From a virus (Duplodnaviria; Caudoviricetes), in IMG/VR virus record IMGVR_UViG_2756170261_000003, positions 33,021 to 97,020 of that record: DNA of 64,000 bases; one strand, 5' to 3'. Both the position numbers and the translations under genes were made by a program. Below are positions 20,275 through 30,022 of this stretch, piece by piece. The notes below the pieces were generated by a model that was given only the letters and a program-made list of their open reading frames with translations, did no database searches and was not told the DNA's origin. Each line of letters begins with the position of its first letter. The first letter of the stretch is position 1.

Positions 20275-20983
20275 ATCGGGCGGGCGGCAGTCCGGCTGCA
20301 GCCCCCTCCTTTGGCATGGCAAGCAGGCCCGAATCGTCGTAGTGCATGCGGAACAGGTGGTGCAGCTTGTCGCGCCCCTCGCCGAAGGCGTACACCATCA
20401 ACTCGAATTCGCTTGACGGGAATCCCGCCATGATCTTCATGCGCGTAGCCAGCCAGTCATCGAACTCGCCTTCACCATCCTCGGGCAAGGGCGTTTCTTC
20501 GCCGTCTCGCACAAGCTGGGCGGCCATCTGCCCCAGCATCCAGTGCAAGCGCCCGCCGATCCCGTCCACCAGGCCGGCAATGCGCTCTATCGACTCGGCC
20601 ATGCCGCCGGTCAGGTGGCGCACGTTCCAGGCGTCGCCCCCGATTTCGCCAACCGGCACCAGGCGCACGGCCTGGGAAATGTCGGACTCGCCATCGAAGT
20701 AGTCGGAATACTTGCTGTTGTCACCCAGGGAGAAGTCGGGGCCGTCATCGCGCACGCACGCGAGATAGTGGCAGACCGCAAAGGTGCGCTCTTGTACCGT
20801 CCACTTGGCCGGGTCTTGCTCGCCCTTGACCGATGACGCCGCAGTCCGCAGGAACGCGGTTGCAATGGCCTCATTCAGGTGTACCGGCATTCCGGCCACG
20901 GCGATTGATTCGCCAAGGGATAGCTCTTTCAATTGAATGGTAAGGCGCTTGGTGCGCAGTACCGGGAAATTCAGGTGTGACAT
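20228..20983 (-). CDS. Putative tail assembly chaperone
   Basis: 251 aa in the tail operon with an overlapping downstream frame. Confidence 0.5.
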   Translation of the reverse strand: MSHLNFPVLRTKRLTIQLKELSLGESIAVAGMPVHLNEAIATAFLRTAASSVKGEQDPAKWTVQERTFAVCHYLACVRDDGPDFSLGDNSKYSDYFDGESDISQAVRLVPVGEIGGDAWNVRHLTGGMAESIERIAGLVDGIGGRLHWMLGQMAAQLVRDGEETPLPEDGEGEFDDWLATRMKIMAGFPSSEFELMVYAFGEGRDKLHHLFRMHYDDSGLLAMPKEGAAAGLPPARFPVRSGLASIVLQLV

Positions 20984-21070
20984 GATTGCCCCATGCGCCC
21001 GCTAGAAAGTCGCGACACCCCGGGCGGGCAATGACCGGGTTCGGGAGCTACCTATAGCCGCGACACCCCC

Positions 21071-21111
21071 ATCATGGCCGCGCGCACGCCGCGCACTGGG
21101 GGCGCTTTTCC
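21071..21111 (-). promoter_or_regulatory. Late promoter GGAAAA-N29-CATGAT
   Basis: Motif copy just after the stop of 21116..21898. Confidence 0.6.
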
Positions 21112-21115
21112 TGCC

Positions 21116-21898
21116 TTACATTGCCACCTTGCGCACGTTCGCCCAGTCTTCCTTGTCCAGGGCCGTCAGCGAACATATCGTCATCGGCACCAGCAGCTCG
21201 ACAAAGTTCCCGTCTGCATCAATGGGCGACGACAGCGGCATGCCGATGGACTCAATCACCAGTGGCGCGAAGGTTCGACCCTTGTATTGCAGGGCAATCA
21301 TGACCGGCGACAGCGACGGCAAAAGCGCTTCGATAGATCCGGTTTCGCCCTTGGCCGACTCCACCAGGCGCGGCAACACCGTACCGTCCGTGGACAGCTT
21401 TTCAGGCAGCGACCATTGCATCAACTGTTCGAACGGCGCTTCGACCTCGGTAGCGGCATCGCGCCAGGCCCGGAACAGCGCCTGAACCGAGAATTTCACT
21501 GGCGGCATTCCGGTAAATACCTGGGTGCTGTTCAGCTTGGTAATGCCCGTGCGGCCCTCAAACTGTTTCAGGAAGTCGGCGGACGCCTTCTGTGCGCCGC
21601 TGGCCTGCTCGCCCTCCTTGGGCTTTCCCAGTACCGCGTCAACGAACGGCTGCAGCGTTCCCGATTGCAGCATTGCCAGCAAGGCCGGCGCTTTGCTCTC
21701 GGGGCCGGACTGCTCAAACGGGCTTTGCCAGTTCAGGCTGATTTCCATTTCAGCCTCGACCAGCGGAGCCTTGACGGTAATGGCGCTGTCAATGCGCTTG
21801 CCTTGCCGGTCTACCTGATAGAACGATGCAATGAGGTGGGGATTCAGGCCATCCCATAGCGACGAAAGCGCGGGGGTCAGGCTGGCTACTATGCTCAC
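21116..21898 (-). CDS. Tail/baseplate protein (tube-related)
   Basis: 260 aa in the structural operon. Confidence 0.55.
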   Translation of the reverse strand: MSIVASLTPALSSLWDGLNPHLIASFYQVDRQGKRIDSAITVKAPLVEAEMEISLNWQSPFEQSGPESKAPALLAMLQSGTLQPFVDAVLGKPKEGEQASGAQKASADFLKQFEGRTGITKLNSTQVFTGMPPVKFSVQALFRAWRDAATEVEAPFEQLMQWSLPEKLSTDGTVLPRLVESAKGETGSIEALLPSLSPVMIALQYKGRTFAPLVIESIGMPLSSPIDADGNFVELLVPMTICSLTALDKEDWANVRKVAM

Positions 21899-21910
21899 GG
21901 TGCGAACTCC

Positions 21911-21948
21911 AAAATAAAAGGGGCGTCCTACGATATGCAGGACACCCC
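21911..21948 (-). terminator. Rho-independent terminator after the capsid-sheath operon
   Basis: GGGGTGTCCTGC/GTAGGACGCCCC stem followed by TTTTATTTT on the minus strand. Confidence 0.65.
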
Positions 21949-21970
21949 GGTCTACACTGCCTGCAAGGGC

Positions 21971-22654
21971 TTAGATGCCCATCTTGCGGCGCAGTCGCAT
22001 GGACTTCGCCCGGCGCATCATGGCCCCCGCGTTATGGCTCTTCATGCGAGCCTTGCGCAGCCCCATCTTCTGCTTTGCGGACAGCCGAATGGTGCCGGCC
22101 ACGCGCTTGCGGATACGGGTTTTCTTGCCCTTGCGAATGGCGAACGTCTTCTTGTAGGTGGCGTCAAGCACTGCCTCTTGCTCGTCGTCGCCAAACACGA
22201 AGCTGTCAATGTCATCGCTGGCCGCGTCTTCGCCCTCGGGCAGCGTGGTAGCCACCAGATCGCGCACACGGTCGGCAACGTCGCCTTCCCAGTCATTCAG
22301 AAGCGCGTCAATGTCATCTTCGGCCACGCCCTGTTTTTCCAGATAGTCGCCCACGGCGTTTACGGCAATTTCCAGCACGCCGTATTCGTCTTCGGACAAC
22401 TCGCCGTCCTTGTTTTCATCGGCAATGCCGACAAGCAAGGCCAACAGGCGGTCGGCCATCGTTTCGCCTTCGTCCAGATCGTCGGTTTCGACCCACTGGT
22501 GAACGGTAGCGACGGCGCGCAGCGTAATGTCCTTGGCCGCGTAGCTGTCAGCCCCGGACAGCGTGGGGCCATCGTTTTTCTTGGTGTCATCCAACACCAC
22601 CGCAGGTTTAGCGGGCCGCATCATGGCCCCCCGCAAAAGTTCGTTGATACTCAT
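21971..22654 (-). CDS. Putative prohead core/internal head protein
   Basis: 227 aa; very acidic body and Lys/Arg-rich tail (RRAKSMRLRRKMGI) reminiscent of T4 gp68. Confidence 0.5.
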   Translation of the reverse strand: MSINELLRGAMMRPAKPAVVLDDTKKNDGPTLSGADSYAAKDITLRAVATVHQWVETDDLDEGETMADRLLALLVGIADENKDGELSEDEYGVLEIAVNAVGDYLEKQGVAEDDIDALLNDWEGDVADRVRDLVATTLPEGEDAASDDIDSFVFGDDEQEAVLDATYKKTFAIRKGKKTRIRKRVAGTIRLSAKQKMGLRKARMKSHNAGAMMRRAKSMRLRRKMGI

Positions 22655-22669
22655 TTCTTTGCTTCCTTT

Positions 22670-24514
22670 TTAACGATTGAGGGTTTGGGTGGTGAAGATT
22701 TGGCGAGCCACGCCGTCATACCGCAGCCAATACGACACGTCCATACGGTCATAGGGGCGCTGCTCGTTCGGGCGAACATCGAAGCGGTACGACATGCCGC
22801 CCATGGCCGGGTCGTCGGAGGCCACAAGCCAGCCGGCGGACGTAGCACCATCGAACAGCACTTTCAGGTAGTCGCGCATGCGCTTGACGGCAACGCTCAT
22901 GGGAAGCTGTAGCGTGTCCTTGTTGAAGCGTGTCACGGCATCGTCAATGCTCGTAGACATGTCAGCAACGGAAATCAGCTTCTTGAGGCTGTTGTCCACC
23001 AGGGCGCACGTAAGCGAATCGCGGAACACGTAGCGACCGCCGCCGGTATAGACCTCCCACATAACCGGGTTGATCTTGGCGCGAGCCAGGGCGTTCAATT
23101 CCTGATCGCGCGGCGTGTACGTCTGCGTAACGCGCGTGCGACGGATGGGCCATTCGCGTCCGGCAATCGGGTAGTTCTTCGGCGCGAAGCCCTTGGTATC
23201 GGTCTGCGCATTTCGACCGCATGCGTAGGCGATATTCAGGGTGGCGGAGCCGTAGAAGTCCTTGCCGTTCACGCCGGTCGGGTCGTCGGACTTGAGCGGC
23301 GCCCAAAAGGCATGCATCAGGTGCGCCGTCAGGCTGGCCCCCATGTTCAACTGCTCGACAAAAGCAACCGCCGCCTCGGGGTTCAGGTTGCCCGGCACGT
23401 CAAAACGAAGCTGGCGGTTCGTGTCGAACGCCAGTTGCGCCTTTTGCGCCAGCAGGGCCGGGGCTTCGGTCATGCCGGAACTGATGTAGGCGTAGTTGAA
23501 CGGCGTGTATTGCAGCAACTCGCGCGCACGCATGTAGTCCTGGGTGGTGTAGCCCGTGCCGCCTTCCTCGAAGCAGACCAGAACCGGCGAAGATGCCCAC
23601 TTCGGGAAGAAGTTGGAATCGTAGCCATAGGCCGCGCTATCGGGCTGAACGGTGCGGATCGCGCCCACGAAGAACTCCACCGCATCGGTCTGGCCAGAAA
23701 TCAGGTCAGGCAGATAGGCGGTGTTGCCGTAGTCATCCTTGGCGTCCGGGTCAAGCGAACCCTCGAACTCGAACAGGGCCACATCGTCACGGTCAAGGAC
23801 GCGCAGGGAAATGCGGCCATTCTCGACGGGCATACCGCCTTCGGTCTTTTCTTCGGCGCGGAACTGAACCTTGATGCCATCATTGAAGCATTCGAGGTGT
23901 TTCAGGGCGAAGAAGAACGGGCCATCGGGCAGTTCATCCTGGGCGGCGAAGCTGTACTCCGACGAAACGCCCAGTTCGGGCGCAACGGTGTAGCCGGAGC
24001 CTGGGGCAACCACAGAGGCGGACACGATAGTGCCGTCTTCCACGGTAACGGACACTTGCGCGCCAGTTCCCGGGCCGCCCACAGTGATTGTCGGCACGGC
24101 CAGGTAGCCGGAGCCGCCCTCGGTCACTTCAATCGCCGTCACCGCGCCGGCGGCAACAGTTGCAGTCAGGACAGCGCCAGCACCAACCGAGGCCACCAGA
24201 TACTTGATCTTGGCGTTTTCGGTGGACAGGCGCTGCACGATGGCCTGATATGCGCCGTTGTTCACGGCCTCAACCACTTGAATCCAAGCCTTGTTCAGCG
24301 CCGAAACGCGAACAGGCTCACCACGGCCCAGGCGCTTGAAGACGTTGCCGCGATCAACCGCAAAAGGCTTGTCGATACGGCCACGGGTGGCGCGCATCAT
24401 GATTCCGAATACTTGATCCGAATTGTCTTGAGACGGAATTTCGGAGTTATCGCGCAGCGGATTAAGCTGCACCCCGGATTCCGCCCCCAACTGACGTACG
24501 AAGGCGGTACTCAT
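22670..24514 (-). CDS. Contractile tail sheath protein (P1 gp22-like)
   Basis: 614 aa; ATRGRIDKPF.V, KINPV, YDGVARQI motifs. Confidence 0.85.
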   Translation of the reverse strand: MSTAFVRQLGAESGVQLNPLRDNSEIPSQDNSDQVFGIMMRATRGRIDKPFAVDRGNVFKRLGRGEPVRVSALNKAWIQVVEAVNNGAYQAIVQRLSTENAKIKYLVASVGAGAVLTATVAAGAVTAIEVTEGGSGYLAVPTITVGGPGTGAQVSVTVEDGTIVSASVVAPGSGYTVAPELGVSSEYSFAAQDELPDGPFFFALKHLECFNDGIKVQFRAEEKTEGGMPVENGRISLRVLDRDDVALFEFEGSLDPDAKDDYGNTAYLPDLISGQTDAVEFFVGAIRTVQPDSAAYGYDSNFFPKWASSPVLVCFEEGGTGYTTQDYMRARELLQYTPFNYAYISSGMTEAPALLAQKAQLAFDTNRQLRFDVPGNLNPEAAVAFVEQLNMGASLTAHLMHAFWAPLKSDDPTGVNGKDFYGSATLNIAYACGRNAQTDTKGFAPKNYPIAGREWPIRRTRVTQTYTPRDQELNALARAKINPVMWEVYTGGGRYVFRDSLTCALVDNSLKKLISVADMSTSIDDAVTRFNKDTLQLPMSVAVKRMRDYLKVLFDGATSAGWLVASDDPAMGGMSYRFDVRPNEQRPYDRMDVSYWLRYDGVARQIFTTQTLNR

Positions 24515-24517
24515 GGA

Positions 24518-25033
24518 TTATTCCCCTTTCTTTGCGGCAGCGGCCTTGGTGGTCTTGCCGGCGGGTTTCGATTCAGCAGCCTTGGCGGCCTCCTGATCAT
24601 CGGCCTTGGGAGCCTCGCCAGTGCCTTCGGCCTTGTTCTCGCCGCCTTCATCCGTCTTGGGCGCATCCGCAGCGGGCGCTACGGGGGCGGCAGGCGGTTC
24701 AGCAACGACAGGTGCAGCCTTGGGCGCTTCCAGCGATTCGATGGTCAGGGCAACGGCGTACTTGTTCAGTTCCGCAATCTGCTCGACGCTCGACGCCAGG
24801 CGCTGCAACTGGTCGTGATCCGCGATGGTCACGACAGCCTTCACGTCCGGCTTTCGGCTTGCCACGTTGCGCAGGAACAGGCCCCCAACCTCGGGGAATG
24901 TCACGTTGCGGGGCATCAGGTTGACGATTTCGAACTTGCCGGGATACGTCGCGTCGGCAAAGGCCTCGGCTACCACATCGTTGGCGTCCTTCCCGGTAAG
25001 GGAAGGAGCGCCCAATTGAACTTTGCTGGTCAT
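24518..25033 (-). CDS. Hypothetical virion protein with Ala/Pro/Glu/Lys-rich tail
   Basis: 171 aa between capsid and sheath; good RBS. Confidence 0.65.
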   Translation of the reverse strand: MTSKVQLGAPSLTGKDANDVVAEAFADATYPGKFEIVNLMPRNVTFPEVGGLFLRNVASRKPDVKAVVTIADHDQLQRLASSVEQIAELNKYAVALTIESLEAPKAAPVVAEPPAAPVAPAADAPKTDEGGENKAEGTGEAPKADDQEAAKAAESKPAGKTTKAAAAKKGE

Positions 25034-25060
25034 GATTGGGTTCTCCTTTCTCTTTGCGGG

Positions 25061-26746
25061 TTAGTGGCGCAGGTTCTTCACGTTGATCATGGCCGCGCCG
25101 CGAGCCGATGGGCCGTGCGGGTTGACGCTGGTGAAGTTGCGGGCGTAGAAGCCAGCGCCGGTCTTGAGGTCTTGATTGACGGCCAGCGGAACCACGGTAG
25201 GCGGCACGGCGTCACCCAGCACGAACGGGTTACGGGTAACGTCCGTAGCGCGTCCGATGCACAGGATTTGCGCGGTGGTGTCGCCCTCAACAACAACCTT
25301 GGGCGTGTAGTACACCTCGTAGCGACCAAACAGCGTGCCGACACGGAAGATTCCCGGGCGCTCGACCACGCCAGACGGCACAAACAGTTCGCGCGGCAGC
25401 GACATGAATTGAGCGGCGATGTTCTTGCCGACATAAATGTGCGTGATGCCGTGGTTCATGGTGTCGATAGCCATTTGCTGGGAAACGACAGCCAGGATCG
25501 AAGCGAAGTCGCCCCAAATCTGCGCAAGGGTCTTTTCCTGCTTTTGGCCGTCCCAGTCGAAATCGAAATCGACTTGGTTGTTCTGCGCCAGGCGCTTGGC
25601 CTTCAACAGGGTTTCGTAGTGGCGCTCGTTACCGAACTGCGCTTGAATGGCGATAACGCTTTCGCTGTACGGGTCAAGGCCCAGTTCGTTAGCCATCTGC
25701 GTACGGCTGTCGATGGTTTGCTGGGTAATGACGCGCCACGGCTTGGCGTTCAGGCGGAAGGTCTTGACGGACGAAATGATGCGGGGCGTAACGCTCGGGT
25801 CGCGCTCGTAGTCGATAAAGCCCTCAACGTGGACAGGAACCGACACAGGCAGCGCGGGGGTGGACGTGAGGGCGATAGCGCCGGTATCCGTATTGATGGA
25901 GCCGCCAATCAGGTAGGTGGTGCCTTCAATGACGGTGGTGCCGGAAACGGTCGAATTGCCGGTGCCGGACGAATCGACTTCTTTGCCAACCACCAGGCCG
26001 TTGACGTAGACGATGGAGCGACCGCGCAGCAGCTTGACGCCGGGCGATGCGGGCGCGCAGGTTTCGTCGGAATCCTGAACGGTGGTCAGCTTGCCGGTGA
26101 TAGCGCCGGTGGGTTCGCCTTCGCCATCCACAGCAATGGTGCATTTGTGGACGCGAGACGATGAAATGTAGGAGTCGCCCGAGTGGGTGCCGTCCATGAT
26201 TGCGCCTTCCGCGTACGCCCCGTGAGTCGATCCAGCGTCATGCGTCATGATCGCCAGAATGGCCTCGTTCGAGCCAATATCAGCCGGCAGGTAGTGGGCG
26301 AAGGGGATAGCCTCGCCAATGGCCGACAGGATCGCGATAACAGCCCGGTTCGGCTGCAGCGAAATCTGGTCGTGGTGGTCGGAGCTTGCCGAGTCCAGAT
26401 GGAACCGGCGGCGGGCATCGTCGGTGGTGGCGTAGGCCGAATGGATGGCCTGTTCGATCACGTCAGCGGAGGGTTCGGTGCCGTGCTGGCCCTCGAAGGC
26501 GCTGATGCCGTCGAGAATCGCGCGCGTAACCTTGATCTTGCCTTCGCCGCCGACTTCATCCAGCACAGTCGCCAGCTTTTCGGGCATCTTCGAGTCGCCA
26601 CGGCTGGCGGATTCGGTAATGAAATCCTCGGCGGCGGCGGAATCGAACACACCGCTGGGGGCGGAGTTGTCTTTGAGGTCTGCAACAAATTGGGATACTT
26701 CGGCGGTTTCGCGCTTGAAGTAATCCTGATGCACTCGCTTAGTCAT
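25061..26746 (-). CDS. Major capsid protein (P1 gp23-like)
   Basis: 561 aa; first gene after a late promoter; N-terminal propeptide-like region. Confidence 0.8.
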   Translation of the reverse strand: MTKRVHQDYFKRETAEVSQFVADLKDNSAPSGVFDSAAAEDFITESASRGDSKMPEKLATVLDEVGGEGKIKVTRAILDGISAFEGQHGTEPSADVIEQAIHSAYATTDDARRRFHLDSASSDHHDQISLQPNRAVIAILSAIGEAIPFAHYLPADIGSNEAILAIMTHDAGSTHGAYAEGAIMDGTHSGDSYISSSRVHKCTIAVDGEGEPTGAITGKLTTVQDSDETCAPASPGVKLLRGRSIVYVNGLVVGKEVDSSGTGNSTVSGTTVIEGTTYLIGGSINTDTGAIALTSTPALPVSVPVHVEGFIDYERDPSVTPRIISSVKTFRLNAKPWRVITQQTIDSRTQMANELGLDPYSESVIAIQAQFGNERHYETLLKAKRLAQNNQVDFDFDWDGQKQEKTLAQIWGDFASILAVVSQQMAIDTMNHGITHIYVGKNIAAQFMSLPRELFVPSGVVERPGIFRVGTLFGRYEVYYTPKVVVEGDTTAQILCIGRATDVTRNPFVLGDAVPPTVVPLAVNQDLKTGAGFYARNFTSVNPHGPSARGAAMINVKNLRH

Positions 26747-26810
26747 GTTTTCTATCCTTATCGGAAAAGTTCAAATGCAGAAGACGCCGGAACAATTCCG
26801 ACTGACTGCA

Positions 26811-26851
26811 ATTGTTTCCCGCGTGACTGGCGCGGGAAGTTGGCTTTTTCC
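26811..26851 (-). promoter_or_regulatory. Late promoter GGAAAA-N29-AACAAT (capsid operon)
   Basis: Motif copy. Confidence 0.65.
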
Positions 26852-26864
26852 GATATTGATAGGA

Positions 26865-27407
26865 CTATGGGGCAGGTTCGCCCGAGGGCGGCTCTGCGCC
26901 TGGGCCTGGCTCGAAATCGAGCGCACTGAAAGTGTCCATGTCTCCGCGTCGATTCATGACATAGCGCATAACATAAGGGGGGATGTTGATGGTGGTCTCG
27001 ACCTGCACCACCTCATAGGCAACCCGCACCCCTTCACCAAGCATGATCAAGGCAACATCATTCTTCTTAACCTCGAACGAATTTGGCATGCCAGGCGCTT
27101 CTGCTGGCTCAATCAGAAACCGGAATTCATCGCCCGAGTTGTTGTTCGCATCCATTCTGTCCATCATGACGGACGGATTGAACTGCTCTGCCTGCATCGT
27201 GTAGCCATTTCCAATGAATTCCCATTTGACCTGCTCTTCATCGTCCGAACTCATGACGGCCAGCCCGCCCATGGTCGGCATGCCGCCCGACTCGGGGCCG
27301 GGGCGTGTCACCCTCTTTCTGAACACCTGGCAATTGAATGTATTGGGGTGGTTGATGATGACATTGCGCGCCATTCTGCTGACGCCCTGCGGTACATTAG
27401 TAAGCAT
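26865..27407 (-). CDS. Virion morphogenesis protein (possible head closure)
   Basis: 180 aa in the late operon. Confidence 0.55.
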   Translation of the reverse strand: MLTNVPQGVSRMARNVIINHPNTFNCQVFRKRVTRPGPESGGMPTMGGLAVMSSDDEEQVKWEFIGNGYTMQAEQFNPSVMMDRMDANNNSGDEFRFLIEPAEAPGMPNSFEVKKNDVALIMLGEGVRVAYEVVQVETTINIPPYVMRYVMNRRGDMDTFSALDFEPGPGAEPPSGEPAP

Positions 27408-27415
27408 CCTTTACC

Positions 27416-28456
27416 TCACTTGCTGCCTGCCGCTGCGGCCAAGGCTATTTGTTCGTCTGACAATCCCATAGACTTAAATAGGGCAATCTGCGCTGCGTTG
27501 AATCCTGCCGCCGATGGCTTTGCTCGCCTTGTGGCCGCCGTTAGCTTCTTTGGCTTTGGTGCCTTGCTTATGGCGTCCTGCAAGGCCCGGCGCTCGCGCG
27601 CGATGGCGGCGGCCTTGCGCCTGTCTTCCGTGGTCTTGATGTCGCGCACGCGCCCCTTTTTGGCGGCCTCTTCGGCCTCCTTTTGGGTCTGTCGCAGCAC
27701 GGCCTTGTTTTCGTCGCTGTTGCGCGCACGCTCAAGCAGGCGGGTCAGGAACAGCAGCACCGTACCCGACGACTCGATTTCAGCCATGACGCGCAGGACG
27801 TGCTTGCACCCGACGCCGTGAAGGTTCGGGTTGCGGATCTTCGGGAAGCCGGTTTCGGCCCGGCCAGCGTTGAAGCTGCCAATGGTCGAAATGTAGCGAA
27901 ACCAGTACGTGTGCCTGCCACAGTCGCAATCGAACTTGAGCGGTTGCTTGCGTAGCCAGTTGGCGGCCTGCTTGGGATTCTTCGCCCCCGCCGATGCCGC
28001 CGCCCCGTAACTCATGAACTCGACGGCGACGTGGTGGCGCGACACGTTAGAGTCCGGCCCGGCATTCGTCACGAAGCGCACCCGGCCATTGCTGGCGGAT
28101 GCTGGCACGGCCATGCGTATCTCGCGCTGGGCGCGCTCCCGGTCAACAGGAAGCGACATATCCAGCACCTGGCGCGCGCGTATTCCGCCCTTGAAATGGC
28201 GCTGCACCGTGCGTATGTTCTGCCGGAATACGGCCAGGTCATCGGCGCTGATCGGTCGGACTTCGCCCCCCAGCGTGGTCATGAGCACGCGCCCGGCGTC
28301 GTATTCGCCCACAACCTCTTTCGGGTTCAGGATATTTTGAGCGACAGCCCGGCGGGCCTTGTCGAACGCGGCTGCCTCTTTGGCCTCGGTAGCGGAGCCG
28401 TACAGCTTGCCCATCCATGAGCCAGCGGAGCGCCCCCCGTTTTGATTGGTCGCCAT
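27416..28456 (-). CDS. SWIM-type Zn-finger protein
   Basis: FDCDCGRH...KIRNP...GCKH. Confidence 0.65.
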   Translation of the reverse strand: MATNQNGGRSAGSWMGKLYGSATEAKEAAAFDKARRAVAQNILNPKEVVGEYDAGRVLMTTLGGEVRPISADDLAVFRQNIRTVQRHFKGGIRARQVLDMSLPVDRERAQREIRMAVPASASNGRVRFVTNAGPDSNVSRHHVAVEFMSYGAAASAGAKNPKQAANWLRKQPLKFDCDCGRHTYWFRYISTIGSFNAGRAETGFPKIRNPNLHGVGCKHVLRVMAEIESSGTVLLFLTRLLERARNSDENKAVLRQTQKEAEEAAKKGRVRDIKTTEDRRKAAAIARERRALQDAISKAPKPKKLTAATRRAKPSAAGFNAAQIALFKSMGLSDEQIALAAAAGSK

Positions 28457-28791
28457 CAGTCATTCATCCATGTGGGCTTACCGTCTTCCCGGTAATCGCC
28501 GCGCGTCTCGAACCCGGCTCGGCGCTTGAGCGCGTATAGCTGCCCCTCATTGGGAAGGGTCAGGCGCTGCTGGGCCAATGGCCGGTCGAATGCATCCAGG
28601 CCAGCGGCGGCGGCAATAACCATGAATTCATCACGGCGGCCATACACGCGCTGCGACACCAGCGACAAATCCCAAACTTCGTCGGGCTTGGTCTCGTAGA
28701 AAATCGCCTGTTCCCAGGGCTTCGTACGCTGGGCGAAATCGCGCACCATGCGATAGAAGTTCTTGGCGGCGTTGGTGTCTTGGTCAATCAT
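28456..28791 (-). CDS. LysM-like baseplate wedge protein (P1 gp26/T4 gp53-like)
   Basis: DLSLVSQRVYG...IAAAAGL pattern, 111 aa. Confidence 0.65.
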   Translation of the reverse strand: MIDQDTNAAKNFYRMVRDFAQRTKPWEQAIFYETKPDEVWDLSLVSQRVYGRRDEFMVIAAAAGLDAFDRPLAQQRLTLPNEGQLYALKRRAGFETRGDYREDGKPTWMND

Positions 28792-28798
28792 GGCCGCC

Positions 28799-29302
28799 CT
28801 AGAAGGTAATCACTTCGCCCGCGTTCAGGCGGTCGCCAATGCCGTTCAGGGAATCGACCATGGCGAACATGCTTTGCAGGGTGCCGGCGCGCTTGTACGC
28901 ATACCAGCAGGTCATGACGGCGGCCACTTGGCTGCACGTCACAGCGTCCGATATTCGGTAGCGAAAGCCATTCATATCAACGCCGTCCTTTTCGATCACC
29001 GATGACGGGTCAGAGCGCCCAGCGCGCGCGCCGAACGTCAGGCGCGGGCTTTTGCCGTCCGAGGCAATGCCGGTTTTCAGGGAAAAGAAGGCGTTGATGC
29101 CGTCCTGCATGTCGTCTTCGGTGAACAGGCCATCGCGCGGCACGGTCAGGTCATTGGTCAGCACAACGCAGTTTTCGCGCCGTTCCCGCCGGTAATCCGC
29201 CTCAACGGATACGGCCAGCACTTCGGCGTCCGGGTCGTAGGCCGAAAACAGGGATACCGGCTTGCCGCCGTACCCGGACACGGTTGACTGGATCAGGATC
29301 AT
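28799..29302 (-). CDS. Hypothetical late protein
   Basis: 167 aa, coupled in the operon. Confidence 0.6.
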   Translation of the reverse strand: MILIQSTVSGYGGKPVSLFSAYDPDAEVLAVSVEADYRRERRENCVVLTNDLTVPRDGLFTEDDMQDGINAFFSLKTGIASDGKSPRLTFGARAGRSDPSSVIEKDGVDMNGFRYRISDAVTCSQVAAVMTCWYAYKRAGTLQSMFAMVDSLNGIGDRLNAGEVITF

Positions 29303-30018
29303 GCCAATTCCCCAGGGTAGGTATCGACGGCCACAACCAGCGGGTATCCACTTGGGTCGTCCGGGCCGGTTCCCTTGCCATCGTTCGGTTCGCCATCCTT
29401 GGGGGCGCTGAAAAGCGGCACCGTCACGCGCAGCGTCACGTCCACGGCCAGAATGTTCTTGTTCTTGCTGTCGGTCTGGATGCCCATAGCCACCATGCCC
29501 GGGTCTTCAATCTGAACCGGCCAGCGCTTGGCAATCCCTGCGAACGTGTAGCCGGCGTAGAAGCGCCGATTGACGGGCGAGTCAAGCCACAGGCCGAACT
29601 GGGCCGCCAGCGACTTGACTGTAGGCTCGTCTTCGGCGCAGAACGCCACTTGCGTACGTATCTCGCCCGATAGGGTGCGCAGCTTGAAATGGCGCTCTTT
29701 CGGGTCGCCCGGGATGATGACGCTCAATTCGTCGGCCACCTGGGTAGTGAAGTCACGCGACGGCGCGGACAAGTCGCGGGCCATAGCCACGAACACAACC
29801 GGCATCTTGGCCGGCCTGGTGGGGGCGCTGTCGGTGTCGTTGCGCTGCCAGCTTGCAAGCATGTCCTCGATGGCGTCCACCATGCGCGATGGTGCCCAGG
29901 CAATGCTTTTGTCCAGCCCGCGATTGACGTATTCGTGCATCGGCTTTGTGGTCGGAGCCAATGAGCGGTAGTAGCCGCCCATGAACTCGCCAAACGCCGC
30001 CTTGACCGGCTCAAACAT
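29299..30018 (-). CDS. Putative neck/tail-terminator protein
   Basis: 239 aa in the late operon; function inferred from context only. Confidence 0.45.
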   Translation of the reverse strand: MFEPVKAAFGEFMGGYYRSLAPTTKPMHEYVNRGLDKSIAWAPSRMVDAIEDMLASWQRNDTDSAPTRPAKMPVVFVAMARDLSAPSRDFTTQVADELSVIIPGDPKERHFKLRTLSGEIRTQVAFCAEDEPTVKSLAAQFGLWLDSPVNRRFYAGYTFAGIAKRWPVQIEDPGMVAMGIQTDSKNKNILAVDVTLRVTVPLFSAPKDGEPNDGKGTGPDDPSGYPLVVAVDTYPGELA

Positions 30019-30022
30019 GCGA

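Noticed and set aside
23312-26164. 950-aa plus-strand ORF
   Set aside because: Antisense shadow of the sheath and capsid genes
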